Source: a virus (lineage: Duplodnaviria > Caudoviricetes). Taken from it: DNA of 64,000 nucleotides. Position numbers and translations under genes: made by a program. Location of the stretch: positions 128,001 to 192,000 of IMG/VR virus record IMGVR_UViG_3300028591_005215; one strand, written 5' to 3'. This document shows positions 58,901 through 64,000 of the stretch, piece after piece. The first letter of the stretch is position 1. Each line of letters starts with the position of its first letter. Below the pieces are notes generated by a model. It was not told the DNA's origin, made no database searches, and saw only the letters and a program-made list of their open reading frames with translations.

Positions 58901-59779
58901 TCAAATACACAAGCATACAATACTAATAATTATGTTAGTGGCACTACGAATGAAACACCTGTTATGAGTACGCTAACACATTGGCCTAAAACTAATTTAC
59001 AGTTTGAAAAAGGTACAACTTTCTTAAATAGTGTTAATACGATAAAAACTAAAGTAAACTCTTTTAAAAGGACGAATGGTGTTAATGACTCAAATACTAA
59101 TGCTATTAATAATAAGACGACAACACAGGCTTCTACAGCAACTGAAGTAGATGTTAAGGCAGGAAAAACTACAAATAAAGGTGCTGAATCAAAAGCTTAT
59201 AATGAACAAATATCGGATAATACCATTAGAAGGTATGATAATGAAGCTGATTTCTTTAAAGGTCTTGAAATGAACGACCCATTTATGAGACAAAAAATTA
59301 GTGAAAAGATAAAATATTTCGACCCTGCATTTCATTCAATCAGTCCTGAAGGATTTAATGCAAGGCTTAATTTCTTACAACAATGTACAAGGCAAGGACC
59401 TACTATAGGTGGTAGCGATTTATCTGATAATATAGGTATTACAGCTAATAACTTATCATTTGGCAGACCACCTGTTTGTATCTTGAGAATTGGTGATTTT
59501 TACTACACTAAAGTCATCATAACATCATTATCAATAGATTATGACCCATTGTTGTGGGATTTAAATTCTGAAGGAATTGGTGTAATGCCTATGATAGCTA
59601 ACGTAAGTATGTCATTCCATTTCATTGGGGGCAGTAACCTTACAGGACCTGTCGAAAGGCTTCAAAATGCATTGTCATTCAACTATTATGCTAATACCGA
59701 GGTATATGATGATAGGGCTGAACAAATTAACTATAATAACCAAGGTGAAATAGATAAATTTAAAACTTTCCCTTATTAA
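55934..59779 (+). CDS. baseplate/tube-initiator-like protein with inserted OmpA-like domain
   Basis: GRIMWFPPYD..FSE....W....FIGR.E.IYTY.NT.R; VKGWASS...N.DLN..R...V; GRPPVC.LRIGDFY.TK. Confidence 0.65.
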   Translation: MAIVDKIIDVLDSFVVRPIGVYNKDYRFMVEHLDRNIGNHELEYSDGYSTPIGQLSNPYYNAQIGKTPWFFADSDKAQVANYLDYIALTYNSTDGITSINEKVSFPTDLDSIKVGKISGSKLNDVLSSSDEYPSVNPNDDVKDTKLGKESGYFVKQALKLSIKENDKHNAKKFSISKSMGEYFGLNTDAYNNGILTKYVAPNEKTGRYEDFSPLDSNISPVYTTSSKWGNYKGLGVYEEFYKSTPSVTTMSYINDNIGKNKYKPNLPDESNNLNYLDSMKIAVGKSTDYNGSEIRYIFNTLHTSDTVYNNEGHTTGSLIGGLKAYGEQEAGSTHSYKFKTFNSGVNFGKYSTFDTDPIGVDDLLNKTNQGFMKGKYDTLVARFHTSTDYPNDDLMSSSVSKAYGMSHGRNLLRGDAKNGKTFTSTDVGNGYDNPYCRVWTYHHQYHRMKDAIRPFATDEPDGSSPMTPKEMQDRYNFGAFRTGDLYGLGSGGERLTKYGVLGYKTNAGLVNIAPKKGVDIKSCMFSIENLAWKGMFTPGSKTYETNGLSAEQKGPFGGRIMWFPPYDIKFSENVTANWANTSFIGRGEDIYTYTNTSRDGQLSFKLLIDHPAILDYWKRRNETDGSSNVDDVDSPEQQLLRFFAGCEMLTSKTQPIETPPSVAVDEPEPAPTTKAFTFFVFFPNDYSGQDDRANNLAIPYLLNGVGTQYYYNANQGSVRANPDMYPWTTTKGTTIGGYEVRSNGISIVTNPVSNDGKTGNTRSFATTVKHNNSNYYLAKQIGDYKGKRIEWYYRVDNKRRNEKLVLNIDYIDTKSFKLNSGGNQDSIRKTFNISDDMPLYSLTDVYAAITNDSVGLNTLNGCYNEANVKNIKNIIKNYGIKQVTVKGWASSHGITQNVSRNNDLNKNRRDTVLSWLKSMPSFNTNNIDYKPLTGGVGPGPTASNVSDLKPKLYRCAEVTVYVNTEKVSNAKNTVTEKKTSTNSDAFDAASNTQAYNTNNYVSGTTNETPVMSTLTHWPKTNLQFEKGTTFLNSVNTIKTKVNSFKRTNGVNDSNTNAINNKTTTQASTATEVDVKAGKTTNKGAESKAYNEQISDNTIRRYDNEADFFKGLEMNDPFMRQKISEKIKYFDPAFHSISPEGFNARLNFLQQCTRQGPTIGGSDLSDNIGITANNLSFGRPPVCILRIGDFYYTKVIITSLSIDYDPLLWDLNSEGIGVMPMIANVSMSFHFIGGSNLTGPVERLQNALSFNYYANTEVYDDRAEQINYNNQGEIDKFKTFPY

Positions 59780-59790
59780 ACAATTAAAAA

Positions 59791-60108
59791 ATGAGTTACG
59801 ATAGATATTCAAAATTCAGGTCGAATGGTACAATTAAATTTGTACCATTCATACCTATTAAGGAAAAATCAACTGATTTATATGATTATTATAAAGAGGG
59901 TGAAACACGATTAGATTTACTATCTTATCAATATTATGAAGACCCTAATTATGATTGGCTAATAATGCAAGCCAATCCAGAATATGGTTCTTTAGAATAC
60001 CAAATACCAAATGGTGCAAAACTTAGAATACCTTATCCATTAGATGCTACTTTAATGCAATATAATTCGGATATTGATACTTATAATGTACTTTATGGAG
60101 TAAATTAA
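59791..60108 (+). CDS. baseplate wedge gp53/LysM-like protein
   Basis: TRLDLLSYQYYEDP...WLIMQANP...IP.GA.LRIP. Confidence 0.8.
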   Translation: MSYDRYSKFRSNGTIKFVPFIPIKEKSTDLYDYYKEGETRLDLLSYQYYEDPNYDWLIMQANPEYGSLEYQIPNGAKLRIPYPLDATLMQYNSDIDTYNVLYGVN

Positions 60109-60109
60109 T

Positions 60110-63100
60110 ATGGCAGAAGAATACAAAGATAACGAAGAATTAACAACCATTGGTAAAAGAATTAGATATATAGAGCCAAACTATGCAAATTCTATACCAA
60201 TGCAAGGACCAAGGGGGCTGCATAGCTATGAGTTTGAAAATCCTCTTGAAGACTACTGTATTTTTGTTAACTTAAAGGTTGAAGTTAAAGGTAGGGCGAT
60301 TAGAAGTGACTATGTTACTGATAATAAAACCTATTCTTTAAATTATTATAGTGAGCAAGGAAAAGAATCTGTTAGCTTTTTGGAAGGGTCTAAGTATAGT
60401 GGTAAAAGTAATGCAGTAAATGGTAAAGATGTATACTCATTAACAACGAATTATACTAATAGGCTTTATATAAATGATTTGATAAAACGTGATAATAATG
60501 GGGTTGTAAATGAAACAAATGCATCAACCGAAATGTTTGGTATCAATTCAATAGACATACAGTATAATAATTGGATGGTTCCAGAAGTAACTATAAAATT
60601 TACTGATGTCAGGGGTGCATCCTTATTTGCTGTTGAAGAGGCAAGACACCATTTAACAGGTAACAATGATGTTAATGGCTCTATAGACCCTACAGTTGAA
60701 GGTTCGTTTTTTAAATGCTTTTTTACTTTTCCTTATCCTAAATTTACACTATGTGTTAAAGGGTTTTATGGGCAACCTGTTGCCTATGATTTAACATGTT
60801 CTGATTTTAGGGCAAGTTTTAACTCTGAAACTGGTAATTTTGAAGCGACTGCTAAATTTATTGGGTATGCTTTTTCATTTTTAGGTGACGTAATGATGAA
60901 TGCTTTGATGGCAGCGCCTTTCTCCGACTATTTAGGAAAAGATTATTGGGATTCAAAAATTGCAAGTAATGATTTCACAGTTAAAGATGTTAACGGACAG
61001 GATGTCCCAATGATGACATTAGGGGAAATCATAGCAAATGTAGGTTCTGCAATGGAAGAAGCAAGCGGAATGGTTCAGTCAAGTCCAGAAGTACAAGAAT
61101 CTAAAAATCTTGAAAACCAAAATAATCAAATAACAGGGCTAACACAAGCATACCAAACATTTTTGTCAACTTTAAATAGTACAATTGACAAAGCAGTGGG
61201 CGAACATAAAATAGAAAGCGGTGGGTTTAAATTTACAATTAGAGATAAAAATGGTTTATTAGCTTTTATCCCTAATTGCGAAGGTGATGTATTCACTGAT
61301 AAAATTTCACATTGGTATACTGGATGGAGTGAAAACGATGCTATCAAAGACGCATATGAAAGCTTAGCTAGTGCAGCTTCAGGTACATCTTTTGAAGCTT
61401 CAGTTAAAAAATTAGACCCTACTGAAATAAAGCCTATAGCGATTTATACTGGGGCTAAAGGGAATGACTCTTTAGCATATGGCGACAAATTAAATGGGTG
61501 TGAAGGTTTAAAAAATGGCGTCAAATTAAATCAAGAAGTATCTAAAAAATTAACAGTAAATGGTGTAACATTAATTAATAGAGAAGATTTACATTATGCT
61601 TACCTTTTTGTTGATAATAATTTGGATGGTGTCCTAAAAGACGTAAAAGAAGGCATAGATGCTAGCATACAAGAAAATCAAGAAGCTATAAGTGAAGTTG
61701 CAAATAAAGCCATTTCTGAAGCTTTAGGGTTTGCACCAACCATTGAAGCGATGACAAGAATAATAATGGCACATTTTGAAACATTAATGTATATGCTAAC
61801 AAATTGTGCAAGAGATATTGTATCACAAAAAAGAACATTAGGGAGTCTTGGTATAAGTAGAAATCAGTTGGCAGATATTGGAAGAAATGTTTCTGAAACA
61901 GATTTAATTGTCCCACCTTTTCCTAAAGTAACTAAAAACTATTCTGACAATGGCGTTGATAAACAGGAAGAATCTTGGGTAGGTGAATATAGTGGTCAAT
62001 GGACTGAAAAGGACATTGTAAATGGCTTGCTAAATGGCGTGAACGAAATGGCAAAAATTATTTCTGAAGCTAAAAGCAATGACGGTGAAGGTGGTGGCTC
62101 TACAAGGGCAGTTATGAAATTCCCATTAAACCCTCTTGATTTAATTCTTGATAAAAAGCCTTATGGTAGCATAAACTTTAGTGATAGAAGTAGTTTCGCT
62201 GGACATGTTATAGTAAGAATGGCTGAAATCCTTGGACTTGCTGATAGAAAGTTTATTGATGCAGTTGGTGCTGAAAATTTGGGTTATGTTGAAGCTCAGA
62301 ATTTCATTGAATACTTCAAAAATCCACCAAAAGAATTTATAACATGGATTAACAATGCCAATATAGTAACTACAATTGAAAAAATTGGACAATGTGATGA
62401 ATCAGCAACGCCTGTAAGTCAGTACGGTAAAAACAATAAATATGCTTGGGAAAGTAGAAAAACAGGTCCTGATTATAGGAATCATTTAATTAGCTCTTCT
62501 TGGTATTTGACAGAATTCCATAGTAAAAGTGAAACATTTGTACCAATACAAAACACTTCATTTGATAAGATTTCTAATGACTTGGGAACGCCTGTTAATG
62601 GTATTTATACAAAATTAAATAACGCACAAGATTATATTACTACAAAACCAGTGTCTACTGGAGGTGGAAATTCCACAAGTGGCAAGTTAATATGTATAGA
62701 GCCAAATGTTAATAGGTTTTCAACTATAATTAATAACCAATGTACTGATGAAAAATTGTCTAAGTTAAAAGAAATTATGCTTGAAGAAGCATTATTTAAC
62801 TTAGATGGTTATAAAGATTTTTATAGAGAAGATAAATATGTTATAGCAAGCTCTGATGGGAGCGTAAATGAAGAAGATTCAGAAGAAGGTGGAAATGCAA
62901 CACCGAAAGAATTAGTAGCTGAAACTGACGTTGATGATTATTATGAAAAATTCACAAAAAGTGATGTATTTGATAGTGGTGAGGTAAATGCAGATAATTA
63001 TAGGGTTTTATTATTGCCTGGCATTTCCGATGGAAGACATACTGATAAAGTGTCTGTTTTTGGACAAAAAGCTTATTACGATAGGGATATATATGGTAGA

Positions 63101-64000
63101 GCATTTAGTTTTTTAGCTTCCCTCGGTGAATATGTTAAATATGATGAAGTATTTGATAGAATTCAAGACAAGGATAATAGGTTTATCAACGTACCTTATT
63201 GTTCGTTACTAATTATAGGAGCATTATGTAATAACTTTAAAGACCCTTTGGCTGAAAATGTTAATTTTGACATTAATAAATTAAGAAATGATGTAAGAAA
63301 TGATTTAATTTCATTTTTTAGAAAATGGGCTGAAACTGATTTTCAAAAAATAGATTCATATTTGTCTATTAGTGGCGAATTTTATAATTACTTAAGAATT
63401 AATAATAAAGAATTTAACAAAAAATTTATTAACGACAATTCTAATAATTATGGTGCAGCAGAAAATAATAGCAATGGCGTTAAACTATCGTTAAATCCTA
63501 ATTCACATTGCGCTTTAATGATTTCACGTTTAGTGTTAAAACCATATACATTTGTTAAAACATCCCATTATTATGACACTGTAGGTGAATTAGTGAAAAT
63601 AGGCGAAAATGGTGAAGCTAAAGCTTTCTTAAATGGTTTTATTTCTGCATTAAAAGAAAATTATGGTGCAACTGAAGAAGGTACTAATGCTGCTGTTGTG
63701 TCACAAGCCAAAGATTGTGATACAGACCCTGATATTAAATTAGCATTATATCGTTATTTAAAACTTTTGTATGATAAATGGGTTTCTGGCTCCAATTTCG
63801 AAAATGAATTTACAATGAAGAAATTTTTTGGTGAAAACCCTGAAAGTACAAACCAAGATGATAGATATTTTTATTTCATAGATGCCTATTATAATAGAAT
63901 CGGTAATTTAATATTAGTTAATATTGGTGATGTTGTAAATGAATTAATAAACTGTCAAAATCAAGCTGAAAATGGCTATACATTACTTTCTTTTTTAAGT
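60110..64000 (+). CDS. large baseplate hub-like protein (runs off window end)
   Basis: Not in ORF track because no stop is reached. ATG 60110 gives MAEEYKD...FGINSIDI...PEVTIKFTDVRGASLF...PYPKFTL.VKGFYG...GNFE.TAKFIGY. Confidence 0.65.
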   Translation, partial: MAEEYKDNEELTTIGKRIRYIEPNYANSIPMQGPRGLHSYEFENPLEDYCIFVNLKVEVKGRAIRSDYVTDNKTYSLNYYSEQGKESVSFLEGSKYSGKSNAVNGKDVYSLTTNYTNRLYINDLIKRDNNGVVNETNASTEMFGINSIDIQYNNWMVPEVTIKFTDVRGASLFAVEEARHHLTGNNDVNGSIDPTVEGSFFKCFFTFPYPKFTLCVKGFYGQPVAYDLTCSDFRASFNSETGNFEATAKFIGYAFSFLGDVMMNALMAAPFSDYLGKDYWDSKIASNDFTVKDVNGQDVPMMTLGEIIANVGSAMEEASGMVQSSPEVQESKNLENQNNQITGLTQAYQTFLSTLNSTIDKAVGEHKIESGGFKFTIRDKNGLLAFIPNCEGDVFTDKISHWYTGWSENDAIKDAYESLASAASGTSFEASVKKLDPTEIKPIAIYTGAKGNDSLAYGDKLNGCEGLKNGVKLNQEVSKKLTVNGVTLINREDLHYAYLFVDNNLDGVLKDVKEGIDASIQENQEAISEVANKAISEALGFAPTIEAMTRIIMAHFETLMYMLTNCARDIVSQKRTLGSLGISRNQLADIGRNVSETDLIVPPFPKVTKNYSDNGVDKQEESWVGEYSGQWTEKDIVNGLLNGVNEMAKIISEAKSNDGEGGGSTRAVMKFPLNPLDLILDKKPYGSINFSDRSSFAGHVIVRMAEILGLADRKFIDAVGAENLGYVEAQNFIEYFKNPPKEFITWINNANIVTTIEKIGQCDESATPVSQYGKNNKYAWESRKTGPDYRNHLISSSWYLTEFHSKSETFVPIQNTSFDKISNDLGTPVNGIYTKLNNAQDYITTKPVSTGGGNSTSGKLICIEPNVNRFSTIINNQCTDEKLSKLKEIMLEEALFNLDGYKDFYREDKYVIASSDGSVNEEDSEEGGNATPKELVAETDVDDYYEKFTKSDVFDSGEVNADNYRVLLLPGISDGRHTDKVSVFGQKAYYDRDIYGRAFSFLASLGEYVKYDEVFDRIQDKDNRFINVPYCSLLIIGALCNNFKDPLAENVNFDINKLRNDVRNDLISFFRKWAETDFQKIDSYLSISGEFYNYLRINNKEFNKKFINDNSNNYGAAENNSNGVKLSLNPNSHCALMISRLVLKPYTFVKTSHYYDTVGELVKIGENGEAKAFLNGFISALKENYGATEEGTNAAVVSQAKDCDTDPDIKLALYRYLKLLYDKWVSGSNFENEFTMKKFFGENPESTNQDDRYFYFIDAYYNRIGNLILVNIGDVVNELINCQNQAENGYTLLSFLS

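Noticed and set aside
1-64000. Genome-wide stop codon reassignment (Lak-type TAG=Gln or TGA=Trp)
   Set aside because: Long genes are intact in code 11. TGA ends genes at 4056, 26653, 32643 and 49644, TAG ends the gene at 9822, and Trp uses TGG. Only one in-frame TGA was seen.
1-64000. tRNA, rRNA or structured ncRNA genes
   Set aside because: No cloverleaf or T-loop signatures or GC-rich structured intergenic segments were noticed by eye. A covariance-model search was not run.
1-64000. Eukaryotic giant virus origin (suggested by the Pol-c intein, SNF2 helicase and Zn-repeat nucleases)
   Set aside because: Tail sheath, tube, tape measure and baseplate genes plus bacterial promoters and terminators indicate a myophage.

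Overview
This AT-rich 64 kb window comes from a large contractile-tailed (T4-superfamily-like jumbo) phage read in the standard genetic code. The host is probably a Bacteroidota member: there are TTTG-N20-TAnnTTTG promoters, no evident Shine-Dalgarno sites and a Fib_succ_major domain. Nucleotide-metabolism genes are an IMPDH/GMPR-like gene, dUTPase and a degenerate HD protein. The window also holds a candidate origin, two glycosyltransferases, four large fibre genes, an SNF2 helicase and a neck-sheath-tube-chaperone-tape measure-baseplate module. Five observations stand out. (1) About 10 unrelated ORFs share a leader such as MKKLIRLTESDLHRIVExSVxRILxE, rich in [ILV]-x-E sites, fused to ART-like, kinase-like and RNase-like cargo; this looks like a modular capsid-packaging and protease-release tag for injected effectors. 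(2) The family B DNA polymerase is fractured at the catalytic GD|TD motif by a naturally split Ser/Thr intein, with a free-standing endonuclease gene between the halves. (3) Three Zn-repeat/Vsr-like nuclease genes carry a C-terminal Mom/GNAT-like domain. (4) A probable +1/-2 frameshift lies just upstream of the tape measure gene. (5) There are two promoter classes plus a sequence-conserved palindrome family. All protein assignments come from motifs read by eye; no database searches were run.
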